Shown here one piece after another: positions 30,024 through 39,927 of a stretch of 64,000 bases of DNA. The DNA lies in NCBI GenBank assembly GCA_042408215.1, contig JAYFMW010000003.1:448001-512000 (forward strand), given 5' to 3'. Made by a program: the position numbers and the translations under genes. The stretch's first letter is position 1. Each line of letters starts with the position of its first letter. The notes under the pieces were generated by a model that saw nothing but the letters and a program-made list of their open reading frames with translations, was not told where the DNA came from and ran no database searches. Origin of the DNA: Microcoleus sp. (lineage in GTDB: Bacteria; Cyanobacteriota; Cyanobacteriia; Cyanobacteriales; Microcoleaceae).

Positions 30024-31313
30024 TTGAAAAGAGTCTTAGCCATCATTCTCGGTGGCGGTGTAGGCACCCGCCTCTACCCCCTAACCAAACTGCGAGCCAA
30101 ACCCGCAGTTCCCCTCGCTGGTAAATATCGCCTCATCGATATTCCCGTCAGCAACTGTATCAACTCAGAAATACTCAAAATTTACGTCCTCACCCAGTTC
30201 AACTCGGCATCCCTGAACCGCCACATTGCTCGTACCTACCAATTTTCCGGCTTCACAGAAGGATTTGCTGAGGTACTGGCGGCCCAGCAAACTCAGGAAA
30301 ACCCTGACTGGTTTCAAGGGACAGCCGATGCAGTTCGTCAGTATCTCTGGATGCTAGAAGACTGGGACGTCGATGAATACTTGATTCTTTCAGGCGATCA
30401 TCTCTACCGCATGGACTACCGGAAGTTTGTAGAGAGACACCGCGAAACTAACGCCGACATCACCCTCTCTGTTTTACCAATGGACGAGAAGCGGGCCTCG
30501 GATTTTGGTTTGATGAAAATTGACGATAATGGTCGCATTGTTTCTTTTAGCGAAAAGCCAAAAGGCGATGCGCTCAAACAAATGCAGGTCGATACTACTA
30601 AATTGGGATTGACACCGGAACAAGCCAAGGAAAGTCCTTACATTGCTTCGATGGGGATTTATGTCTTCAAAAAAGAGGTTCTGATTAAACTGCTTAAAGA
30701 ATCCCCTAACCAAACTGATTTTGGCAAAGAGATTATTCCGGCATCTTCAAAAGACCACAACGTTCAAGCTTATTTATTTGACGATTATTGGGAAGATATC
30801 GGAACGATTGAGGCTTTTTACGATGCTAATTTGGCGCTGACAAAACAGCCTCAGCCGCCTTTTAGTTTCTACGATGAAAATGCTCCAATTTACACTCGCC
30901 CACGTTTCTTGCCACCGACTAAGCTGTTAGATGCTAGCGTGACGGAATCGATTATTGCTGAAGGTTGTATTCTTAAACAGTGCCGGATCGACCATTCTGT
31001 GTTGGGAGTTCGATCGCGCATTGAAGCCGGATGTACAATTCAAGACTCTCTGCTGATGGGTTGTGACTTTTACGAAGCCGACGCCGAACGACATTCTAGT
31101 TTAGAAAACAGTGGCGTCCCTCTCGGCATCGGTGCAGATACTACAATTCGTCGCGCGATTGTGGATAAAAATGCTCGCATCGGCCGCAATGTTCAAATAA
31201 TTAATAAAGACCGAGTGGAAGAAGCCAATCGCGAAAGCGAAGGTTTTTACATCCGCAGTGGCATTGTTGTAGTGCTGAAAAACGCCACGATTCCCGATGG
31301 AACTATCATTTAG
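30024..31313 (+). CDS. glgC: ADP-glucose pyrophosphorylase
   Basis: [35 protein letters not shown] start after GGAGG. Confidence 0.97.
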   Translation: MKRVLAIILGGGVGTRLYPLTKLRAKPAVPLAGKYRLIDIPVSNCINSEILKIYVLTQFNSASLNRHIARTYQFSGFTEGFAEVLAAQQTQENPDWFQGTADAVRQYLWMLEDWDVDEYLILSGDHLYRMDYRKFVERHRETNADITLSVLPMDEKRASDFGLMKIDDNGRIVSFSEKPKGDALKQMQVDTTKLGLTPEQAKESPYIASMGIYVFKKEVLIKLLKESPNQTDFGKEIIPASSKDHNVQAYLFDDYWEDIGTIEAFYDANLALTKQPQPPFSFYDENAPIYTRPRFLPPTKLLDASVTESIIAEGCILKQCRIDHSVLGVRSRIEAGCTIQDSLLMGCDFYEADAERHSSLENSGVPLGIGADTTIRRAIVDKNARIGRNVQIINKDRVEEANRESEGFYIRSGIVVVLKNATIPDGTII

Positions 31314-31400
31314 TTATTAGTCATTAGTCATTAGTCATTAGTCATTAGTCATTAGTCATTAGTCATTAGTCATTAGTCATTAGTCATTAGTCATTAGTCA
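31309..31400 (+). repeat. Heptamer STRR (TCATTAG)n
   Basis: About 12 copies. Related tracts at 32171-32206, 32601-32631, 37780-37870, 46890-47115, 48340-48405 and 48501-48545. Confidence 0.95.
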
Positions 31401-31608
31401 GAATCAAAAATTCGGCGTGCATAAGTGCCTTTATTGAATCTTGCCTTCTGCATAAGTGCCTTCTCCCGAAAGCAAGCTTTCTGCGTTAGGTAGTCCTTAG
31501 TTCTTGAATTTTAAATCTGTTGGCTGCTGACCGGTGACTGATGATAAATGATTTTTAGTTAATGAATAATCAGCAATGAAAAATCACCAATGACCAATGA
31601 CCAATGAC

Positions 31609-31812
31609 TTAGTAAGGGGCGGTCTGTGTTACAGTCGGCTGTGATACGGACAGCTTCGAGCTCTTGCGTCTGGCGAATAGCTTCTGAGTCTTGTATTTGC
31701 GATCGTAGCACTGCTGACAAATGCGCTGCCCGCTTCTAAGCACAACACAACTCTCGGAATTGTGTTTCCAATCGTCGCAGCAGCCGCAAGGCCAACTTAG
31801 CAAATAATTCAT
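31609..31812 (-). CDS. Possible small Cys-rich protein
   Basis: CGCC...C...CQQC followed by a basic tail; STRR directly after the stop. Confidence 0.4.
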   Translation of the reverse strand: MNYLLSWPCGCCDDWKHNSESCVVLRSGQRICQQCYDRKYKTQKLFARRKSSKLSVSQPTVTQTAPY

Positions 31813-32650
31813 GATAGTAGCACCACAGTAGCGTTGCAAAGTTCTTAAGATACTATCTATCCTATCTTAATTACACTGAGGGTGTGTGTGTTCTAGTTAA
31901 CAGACAACTGAAAGATTATGTTATATGATGTTGACCGCTATCTCGACCGAGGCTGAAAAAAAGTGAAAGCGCAGCCGCTTTCCTCACCTTTTTTTGGCTT
32001 TGACTCGTGCTAATACTTGGCAGAAATGCTCAAGGGAATCCTGATGAAATAGCCCGGAAAATCAAGCAGATTACATGGCTGGTCTCTACTGATATTAAAG
32101 CCCAGCAAATTGACCGATGTGTAGCAATTTTAATTGTTAACCAACGAAGGGATTTATCCGTGAGAGGAATTCTCAAATCTCAAATCTCAAATCTCAAATC
32201 TCAAATCGCCTGACTCACAGAGGGGAAGCAAGGGCAGCCACTTACCCTCTGGGCTCCTCAACCCTTCGGGAACAGAAATGCCGACGGACTATAACTCCTC
32301 CCGGTCACTGACCGCGATCGGCGCAGGCTCGCCCAACGACTGCGTTTATCCGCTCGCGTAGTCGAAGGGCGAGCGGGTAAACGCAGTCGTTGTGTCGAAG
32401 TGTCGGAGCAAGGGTTTTATTCTCAAAAATTGACAAGCTCTTTCTTGTAGGTGCGGAAATTGCGATCGAAAGCCCAGCAACAACCGAACTCGATCGAGTC
32501 CAAACCTTTGATAACCTATAATTTGGATCAGATGCCACAGGCACTTTCGCCCCGGCATCAAACTTATTCGCGATCCTATTAATTTGGGATTTTATGCTTT
32601 CTAACAACTAACAACTAACAACTAACAACTAATAAAGAGGAGATAGATTA

Positions 32651-33664
32651 ATGGCTGCAACTGATTTTAAAGACTATTACGCAATTCTGGGACTCACCAA
32701 AACCGCCAACACTGATGAGATTAAAAAAACTTTTCGCAAACTAGCCCGAAAATATCACCCGGATATGAACCCTGGTAACAAAGAAGCCGAAGCTCGTTTT
32801 AAAGAAGTTAACGAAGCCTACGAAGTTTTGGCAGACCCAGAAAAACGCCAAAAATACGACCAATACGGTCAATACTGGAAGCAAGCTGCCGCGACTCCAG
32901 GCGGATGGCCAGGCGGGGGCGGTACTGCTGTAGACTTTGGTGGCGTTGACTTCAGCCAGTACGGCAGTTTTGATGAATTTATCAATGCGTTGCTTGGCCG
33001 GGCGGGCGGTGCTGGTGCCGGTGCTGGCCGCAGCGGGAAATGGAATTACAGCAACTACCGCAGTACCTCCGGCGGGCCGACTGGTTTTGGCGGATTTGAA
33101 GATTTTGCGGGCTACGAAAACCGCGCCACCAGCACTTCTCTCGACACCGAGGTTGCTATTTCCCTGACTCTGGGGGAAGCATTTCGTGGGACTTCCAAGG
33201 GAGTCGCCACTGGCGAAGTTTCGATTCCCGCGGGAGTGAAAACCGGCAGCAAAATTCGGGTAAAAGGCAAAGGTCAAGTTGACCCGTACACGAAGCAGCA
33301 TGGAGATTTGTACCTAAAATTAGAAGTTTTGCCTCACCCTTTCTTCCAGTTTGAGGGAGAGAATTTGGTCTGCGAAGTGCCGATAACTCCAGATGAAGCG
33401 GTGCTGGGAGCATTGATTGAAGTGCCGGCTCCAGAAGGTATGATTACTGTAAAGTTTCCAGCGGGGATTCGTTCTGGTCAGTCTTTGCGATTGCGGGGCA
33501 AAGGATGGCCGAAACCGAAGAAAGATGAACGCACTGATTTGTTAGTCAAAATTGCGATCGTGCCGCCGAAAGAACTCACCACTGTCGATCGCGAGTGCTA
33601 CGAAAAAATCAAGACAAATCGTACTTTTAATCCTCGCAGTAATCTCAACCAAATGCTGCTTTAA
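32651..33664 (+). CDS. DnaJ class B (CbpA-like) co-chaperone
   Basis: J domain with HPD, G/F-rich region, DnaJ_C, no zinc finger. Confidence 0.93.
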   Translation: MAATDFKDYYAILGLTKTANTDEIKKTFRKLARKYHPDMNPGNKEAEARFKEVNEAYEVLADPEKRQKYDQYGQYWKQAAATPGGWPGGGGTAVDFGGVDFSQYGSFDEFINALLGRAGGAGAGAGRSGKWNYSNYRSTSGGPTGFGGFEDFAGYENRATSTSLDTEVAISLTLGEAFRGTSKGVATGEVSIPAGVKTGSKIRVKGKGQVDPYTKQHGDLYLKLEVLPHPFFQFEGENLVCEVPITPDEAVLGALIEVPAPEGMITVKFPAGIRSGQSLRLRGKGWPKPKKDERTDLLVKIAIVPPKELTTVDRECYEKIKTNRTFNPRSNLNQMLL

Positions 33665-33826
33665 ACGAGCTAACATTGGTCACACCCAAATCCTCGCATT
33701 TCTGAAAAATTCAAGAGGGACACAACAAGGCTGTGTCCCTAGTTCGTGCAGCGCTGTCATTTGCCAAAAACCCTGTTAACAAGTCAAGTTTGATTCGCCC
33801 CTAATTTGCAGTTTCAAACCAGACGC

Positions 33827-34114
33827 TCAAGATTCTTCGCTAGCTCTTATCTCAGTAAGTTGGCTATCGTGTATGATCTCGGTTTTAAATTCGTTAGCTC
33901 CGTCGTTCTCTAGCTTTTTGATGTAGTCGGTCGATTTTTTAACAGTTTCCTCTCTACTGTTATAGGGGCCATAGAGGTGGGTACTCTTGGGCGAATCTGT
34001 ACGAACTTCTAACCACCACTCGCCCTGTCGATTTCTGCTACTGCTAGCAGGTTTAGCTAGCACCCACAAGGCAAGCAAAAACAGACCAAACATAACAACT
34101 GGAAATTCAAGCAT
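33827..34114 (-). CDS. DUF1816-like protein with N-terminal TM
   Basis: WWLEVRTDSPKSTHLYGPY. Confidence 0.7.
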   Translation of the reverse strand: MLEFPVVMFGLFLLALWVLAKPASSSRNRQGEWWLEVRTDSPKSTHLYGPYNSREETVKKSTDYIKKLENDGANEFKTEIIHDSQLTEIRASEES

Positions 34115-34234
34115 ATTTACCTCTGGGAAAATTTAAGTAGTTCCTACCATTCTCAATTTACCAGGGCCACGGGAGCGATCGAATCGTCCTAAATGCTGAT
34201 TTGAACCCGATATTTTTTGACAGTTGCTACACTC

Positions 34235-34528
34235 TTAAGCAGCAACACCATCTAACTGTTCGCTATCGCAAAGGGTGAGTTCCGAAGGCTGACACTGTTG
34301 GATGCGGATGCTAAGCCTCTGGGCTCCTTCGCTTTCCAAGTCTTCGATGTAGCCCGGAGTATTAGTTGAGGCTTCTTTGTCGCTGTCAAAAGGGCCAAAA
34401 TAGTAGGTACAGCGGGGCAAATCTGTGACAATTTCTACCCACCATTGCTCTTGTCTCCTGCGGCGGCGAGGCGCTGCAAGCAGGCACAAGGCTATGAAGT
34501 AGATACAGAATAGATAAAATCCGAGCAT
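34235..34528 (-). CDS. DUF1816 protein with N-terminal TM
   Basis: WWVEIVTDLPRCTYYFGPF...GYIEDLESEGA...PSELT. Confidence 0.8.
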   Translation of the reverse strand: MLGFYLFCIYFIALCLLAAPRRRRRQEQWWVEIVTDLPRCTYYFGPFDSDKEASTNTPGYIEDLESEGAQRLSIRIQQCQPSELTLCDSEQLDGVAA

Positions 34529-34664
34529 ATTTTTTCTGTCGTAGGGCCATCGGTATTGTAAAACTTCATTAAGATTGTAAGCATCAATAGACGATTGTAG
34601 TATCATATAGTCAGGAGGGTCTAATGAGATAATTATTGCGCTTGTTAAAAAATGGAGAGTCTGA

Positions 34665-35879
34665 ATGCAACTAGCAGAAAGACATATCATTAAATCCACC
34701 GAGAATCGTTTTGTTGAAATTGACGGATTAGCCTTTAAATCCAAAAATTTGTACAATGCTGCTAACTACGTGATTCGCCAAAACTTCCTATACGGATGGG
34801 GATATCTGAATTACAACAAAATGGCTCAGTTGATGAAATCTCATCAAGCATATAAGGCATTACCAGCCAAGGTAAGTCAACAAATATTGATGATATTGGA
34901 CAAGAATTGGCAAGCTTTTTTTGAAGCCGTTAAAGCTTACAATATTGAGCAAACAAAATTTACTGGTAGCCCAAAGTTACCCAAGTACAAAGATAAAGTC
35001 AAAGGTCGGAATATTCTCGTCTATACGATTCAGGCGATTAGTAGCAAGCAATTGAAGAAAGGAATTATCAAGCTGTCCGGGACTAATATTTTAATTAAAA
35101 CCAAAATAAAACCAGAGCAAATTTGTCAAGTTAGGTTAGTTCCTAAGTGTGATTCTTATGTAATTGAGGTAATTTATAATGAGCCGGAGTCCACCATTGA
35201 TGAAAATCAGAAAGAATTAGTAGCTAGTATTGATTTAGGATTGAATAATTTAGTGGCGCTAACTTCAAATCAGCCGGGATTTGTCCCTTTACTGATTAAC
35301 GGGCGACCATTAAAATCAATTAATCAATTTTACAACAAGCGTAAAGCGCAGCTACAATCTCGATTAAAAGAGAGTCGCAAAACCTGTAGAATTCAGCGCT
35401 TGACTCGTTGTAGAAACCAAAAAATCGATAATTACTTACACCAGGCCAGTCGTTCTATTATCAATCTTTTAAGATCGGGAAAGATTGGGACTCTGGTAAT
35501 AGGGAAAAATGTGCAATGGAAAAACCAGATTAATTTGGGGAAACAAACTAATCAGAACTTCGTAACAGTTCCTCATGCTCGATTGATTGAGATGTTGGAA
35601 TATAAGGCTGTATTGGTTGGAATCAAAGTGATTGTACAGGAAGAATCATATACTTCTCAATCTAGTTTCCTAAATTTAGATCCAATTCCTGTCTACGGGA
35701 ATAGTGATGCCCAGAAACAGGGATTTAGTGGCAAACGAATTAAGAGAGGATTGTACAAAACATCCTGCGGTCAATTAATTAATGCCGATGTTAATGGGTC
35801 TTACAATATTATGCGAAAAGCAATCCCAAATGCCTTGTGCAATGGGATAGGTCGTGGGCGTAGTTCAGCCCGTGGTTAA
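34665..35879 (+). CDS. tnpB: TnpB-family protein, solo, atypical RuvC-II and no zinc finger
   Basis: SKNLYN, SIDLGLNN, LVIGKN, QEESYTS, INADVNG. Confidence 0.88.
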   Translation: MQLAERHIIKSTENRFVEIDGLAFKSKNLYNAANYVIRQNFLYGWGYLNYNKMAQLMKSHQAYKALPAKVSQQILMILDKNWQAFFEAVKAYNIEQTKFTGSPKLPKYKDKVKGRNILVYTIQAISSKQLKKGIIKLSGTNILIKTKIKPEQICQVRLVPKCDSYVIEVIYNEPESTIDENQKELVASIDLGLNNLVALTSNQPGFVPLLINGRPLKSINQFYNKRKAQLQSRLKESRKTCRIQRLTRCRNQKIDNYLHQASRSIINLLRSGKIGTLVIGKNVQWKNQINLGKQTNQNFVTVPHARLIEMLEYKAVLVGIKVIVQEESYTSQSSFLNLDPIPVYGNSDAQKQGFSGKRIKRGLYKTSCGQLINADVNGSYNIMRKAIPNALCNGIGRGRSSARG

Positions 35880-36224
35880 TCCGCTCGAAGTAAAAAAGAA
35901 AGGGGAGGGACTTAATGCCTCCCATGTCATGCAATAAATGACTATACTTTTACAAGCTATGCCGTGGCTATTGATTTTTTGAAATATATCAAAGTAACTT
36001 GGTGGCTGAAATCAACCTCTGTGCAGATTTTGAGCCGATCGAGAATTCTCCTAAAATATTCGGCAAAATACGCCAGAATATGGTAGGGACACCGGCCTGC
36101 CGTGTCCGCCCAAAAACAAAACCCGCCGGTGCGGGCCTCTTTGACAACATACTGATAACACTTGCTAACTGAAAAATTCAGAGCAAAAAACCTCACCCTA
36201 GGGCCACCGGCATGCCGTGGCCGC

Positions 36225-36980
36225 TTACCGCTTGCTTTCGGGGAACTGATCTATGCCAGCCCAACCGTAAAAAACCAGCTCGTCGTTTTGGACTCGACAC
36301 CTGTCTACTCGCAGTTGAGTGCCTTCGAGAGCAAATTTGTCTAAGTCTAGCAAGTTATTTACATGAGCAATTAAGGCTTTGCCCAAGTCGGCGGCTTGCT
36401 CGTCACCTCCATAAGTAACGCTGACAAATTGAATTTTGCGCCGCTCTTCTACTTGCAATTGAGCTGTAATATCTATGTTGACAGGTTCGCTGGCATTGCC
36501 GACTGTAATCTCTGACTGAAGCCGAATCGATTTGTCGGCGCCGAAGCTGACTTCAGTGTTTTGAAAGTGCAGAGATTGTTCTTGGTAATTCAGTCTCTGG
36601 AGTTTTTCAACTACAAAAGGTGTATTGAATGAGGTGGTTAAATCTGACTGACTTAAGACTATTCTCATGTTCGCCTGGGTAGGCTGTCGCAATTTCACTT
36701 TTCCTGCAAAAATCGCCCCAAAATCAATTGAGAGTGCTTGCAGGTAGAGTTCCATCACTTCGATGCGGAGGCCGTTGTACATCAACATACCTTTGCCCAC
36801 GAAGTCGAAACCGTCGATGCTTCCCTGTAATAGTTTGGCCACAGGTTCGACTCGGATGTTGGCTTCGGCCTTTTCCGAACGTTTGAATAAGGCCGCGATC
36901 GCAGCTCCTGCTACTTTGCTGACAAGGCGATCGCCACTTTGACCTTGAAAGGATGTACCGCTAAACAAAGCTGCTACCAT
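36225..36980 (-). CDS. DUF2993/LmeA-like protein
   Basis: KLLQGSIDG, LRQPTQA, DLTTSFN pattern. Confidence 0.78.
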   Translation of the reverse strand: MVAALFSGTSFQGQSGDRLVSKVAGAAIAALFKRSEKAEANIRVEPVAKLLQGSIDGFDFVGKGMLMYNGLRIEVMELYLQALSIDFGAIFAGKVKLRQPTQANMRIVLSQSDLTTSFNTPFVVEKLQRLNYQEQSLHFQNTEVSFGADKSIRLQSEITVGNASEPVNIDITAQLQVEERRKIQFVSVTYGGDEQAADLGKALIAHVNNLLDLDKFALEGTQLRVDRCRVQNDELVFYGWAGIDQFPESKR

Positions 36981-37197
36981 TGATTCGTTTGCTGATCTAC
37001 AGTCGCCATTATAACCTCTTATTAAGAAATGTTAAAATAGCTTGTGCTTATTCACATCATAAGCAGATATTATTTTCTGGGTGTGGATGGAAAACAACAC
37101 TTTGACCCAAAGACACTTCCAGACTTCGACTACGCGAGCGTGCGCGGTTCCTGAGCGTAGTCGAAGGGTCGAAGGGAGTGCGCCACATTTTTGAATT

Positions 37198-37791
37198 TTA
37201 AAGGCTCAGGGGGGTGCCTGCTTTGCAAGTGCGATCGAGCAATGCGCCATCCCAAACGGTTTGTTCGATCGTAGCGCAAAGCAAATTAGCTCCCGTCAGG
37301 TTAGCGCCACGCAGTACGGCTCCATTCAGGATAGCTTCTTCCAAGTCCGCTCCCGACAAATCAGCGCCGGACAAATTGGCATTGCTCAAATCTGCGTGGT
37401 GCAAAATTGCCCTAGCCAAATTCACAGCCCGCAAATCAGCGCCCCGAAAATCGACACCGCTCAAATCCAAATTCCCGATCGACACCCCTGCTAGAAAGGC
37501 TCCCCCAAAACTGGCGTCGCACAGTTGAGCATTCGTGAAGGAAGCTCCCCGCAAGTCAGCATTGCGAAAATCTGCGCCTCGCAAGTCTGCGCCGCTCAAA
37601 TCTGCGCCCCGGAGGTTGGCTCGCAGTATCGCCCGCTGCAAATTTGCACCGGCGAGATTGGCTCCTGTCAAGTTGGCTTGAGACAAATCGGCATCAGCTA
37701 GTTCGGCTCCCGATAAGTCAGCGCCAGCTAAATGATAGCCGGCTAGCATTTTAATTTTGCCTTGGCAAATGGCTTCTATGTCATTAGTCAT
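37198..37791 (-). CDS. Pentapeptide repeat protein
   Basis: Many A(D/N)Lxx repeats. Confidence 0.95.
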   Translation of the reverse strand: MTNDIEAICQGKIKMLAGYHLAGADLSGAELADADLSQANLTGANLAGANLQRAILRANLRGADLSGADLRGADFRNADLRGASFTNAQLCDASFGGAFLAGVSIGNLDLSGVDFRGADLRAVNLARAILHHADLSNANLSGADLSGADLEEAILNGAVLRGANLTGANLLCATIEQTVWDGALLDRTCKAGTPLSL

Positions 37792-37881
37792 TAGTTATTG
37801 GTCATTAGTTATTGGTTATTGGTTATTAGTCATTAGTCAGCAGTCAACAATCCACAATCAACAGTCCACAGTGAAGTTATT

Positions 37882-39300
37882 TTAAAATGCTGAAGTTACG
37901 GAGGGAGAGCGATCGCCCAAATCCTCCAACCACACATTAGGCAGTTGGCTGGGGCGGCTCGGTAACTCCATTAAACCCATTTCTGTCAGCCTGACTACAT
38001 TACCGAGGGTTTCGACCAAGGCTGGATCGAAGCTCGTGTCACTGATTTCCCGGCATTTTTCCCAAGCTGCTGTCAAACTCAAAGCTGGACGATCGCCTCG
38101 CGCTTGAGTTAGCTCTTGAAAATAAGCGATTAACCCCAAAATCCGGGAAGCAATCGGTATCTCTGCGCCTCGCAAACCCTCTGGCTTGCCGCTGCCGTCC
38201 CAGTGTTCGAGTTTATGCTTGACAATTTCGGCGACAGGTGCTAGTTCCGGCATTGCTTGCAGGAGTTGGGAACCGATGAAACTGCGATCTCGCCAAAATG
38301 CCAGAGTCTGTTGGTCGAATTGATCGGGGGTGCGATCGAACACCTGATTCGGGGCCGAAACCAAGCCGACTCGAAACAGCAATCCCGCCAACCGCAGCCG
38401 CCGTAATTGCAAAGCCGGCAAATCCAAAAGTTGACCCAAAGTTTCCGACAAAGCCGCCACTTGCAAAGACGCGGTGGGATTTGCGGTATCGCGTTCATCC
38501 ACGCGCTGGGCCATCCGTAGAAATGCTTGAAGTTTATTGGCGTTCAAATTGCGACTGACGCGCAAAGCTTGACCTTCTAATTCCCACAATTCTCTAGTTT
38601 GGCGGTTAATGGCCACCAGTTGCTGCTGAGAACTTTGGAGGTAAGTCACAATCCGCGTGACGACACCGCTAATGTCAGCAAGGGGCGGGCCGACTGTGGT
38701 GAGGATTTCTTGGTGAATTTGCAGTAATTTGTCTGCGAGATGGCGATCGTAATGTCGCGTTTGTTCTATAAAAATTTCTGCCGCCGCCGACACCAAAGAC
38801 TGGTCAAAGGACCACAAACCGTAGAATTTTCGCTCTGTATCTACTTCTGGCTTACCTTCGGGCAGGTATTCTGTGTGCGAAAGTTCGCGACAAAGCACCA
38901 TTGCTTTGTAGGTTGGGGCGAGGATAATTAGATTCCATTCTTCGACTATGGGGTCGATCGGATCTAGATTTACTAAAGATACATTTTCTAGTTGACCGGT
39001 TTTGTGGGTAGCAAAACCGCTATCGGCTACTGCGCCGATGACAACGCACCGAGACGCATTAGCAATATCCAGGTAGCGATCGGCTTCTTGCAAATACCAT
39101 TTTCCCTGCTGGAATGTCACCAAAACCAGGGGTTTGACGGCGATATCGTCCCCGGCACTGGTTTGCAAGATGTGGTCTTCTAGGGCGTGACACAGGGCTA
39201 CCAGGGTATTTTTGAAGTAAACCCCGTAGCTAGAAGGCAGTTTTCCGTCGGGAAGTGTAGCTTGTAGTCTGGCGAGAGTTGATTCTGGATTCATTAACAA
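37882..39300 (-). CDS. DICT sensory domain + degenerate HD-GYP domain
   Basis: KNTLVALCHALED, FQQGKWY, EEWNLII; HWDGSGKPEGLRGAEIP. Confidence 0.85.
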   Translation of the reverse strand: MLMNPESTLARLQATLPDGKLPSSYGVYFKNTLVALCHALEDHILQTSAGDDIAVKPLVLVTFQQGKWYLQEADRYLDIANASRCVVIGAVADSGFATHKTGQLENVSLVNLDPIDPIVEEWNLIILAPTYKAMVLCRELSHTEYLPEGKPEVDTERKFYGLWSFDQSLVSAAAEIFIEQTRHYDRHLADKLLQIHQEILTTVGPPLADISGVVTRIVTYLQSSQQQLVAINRQTRELWELEGQALRVSRNLNANKLQAFLRMAQRVDERDTANPTASLQVAALSETLGQLLDLPALQLRRLRLAGLLFRVGLVSAPNQVFDRTPDQFDQQTLAFWRDRSFIGSQLLQAMPELAPVAEIVKHKLEHWDGSGKPEGLRGAEIPIASRILGLIAYFQELTQARGDRPALSLTAAWEKCREISDTSFDPALVETLGNVVRLTEMGLMELPSRPSQLPNVWLEDLGDRSPSVTSAF

Positions 39301-39488
39301 AACACGGTGCCGGCTCTTAATTCATTGTAGCGGGCGATCGGACTTCTGAATCAATCAATCAATTTTAGATTTTAGATTTTAGATGAAAAAATTGGAGAAA
39401 AGGTGCGCCTCGGCGCACCTACCGGATAGATAGGCAAGGGTATTTCCTAGGTCTCTCAAAGCTTTTTCCGGTATAAAACAACTTTGTT

Positions 39489-39692
39489 TTATTTACCTTT
39501 CGACTCAGAAACATCTGCAATCAAATCGTCTTTATCAACTTTCGGGACAAAATCAGGGCGTTCTTTCGATTCCCAACCGGGGGGGCGCTTGGAGTTGTAC
39601 CATGCAATGGAGCCGATACTAACAGCGGCAATAAATCCCACAACAAGAACTGCTATTGGAATCGTTAGGTTGCTATCTACCATTTGGTTCAA
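39489..39692 (-). CDS. psb35: Psb35-like small PSII assembly protein
   Basis: Single TM followed by IGSIAWYNSKRPPGW...RPDFVP. Confidence 0.65.
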   Translation of the reverse strand: MNQMVDSNLTIPIAVLVVGFIAAVSIGSIAWYNSKRPPGWESKERPDFVPKVDKDDLIADVSESKGK

Positions 39693-39927
39693 ATCCTGAT
39701 TAACTCTACTTTTGTATAATTTTAAGTGCTAATGGCGTTTTGTCGATCTACCTGAAGACTGAAAAAGTGAGTAAATTGCCGTCAATCGATTTGAGATTTG
39801 GGATTTTAGATTTTAGATTGGAGAAAGTGACCCCGTCCTGATTCCTCGAAGGAATGAATCTTGGGGCTTCTACCCTGGATGCTTTCGGTCATAATGTTGA
39901 GATGTTGGAAATTGGAGGGCTAATTTT

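Noticed and set aside
34529..34756. N-terminal extension of the DUF1816 gene
   Set aside because: It overlaps tnpB antisense; ATG 34528 gives a size and layout matching the neighbouring paralog.
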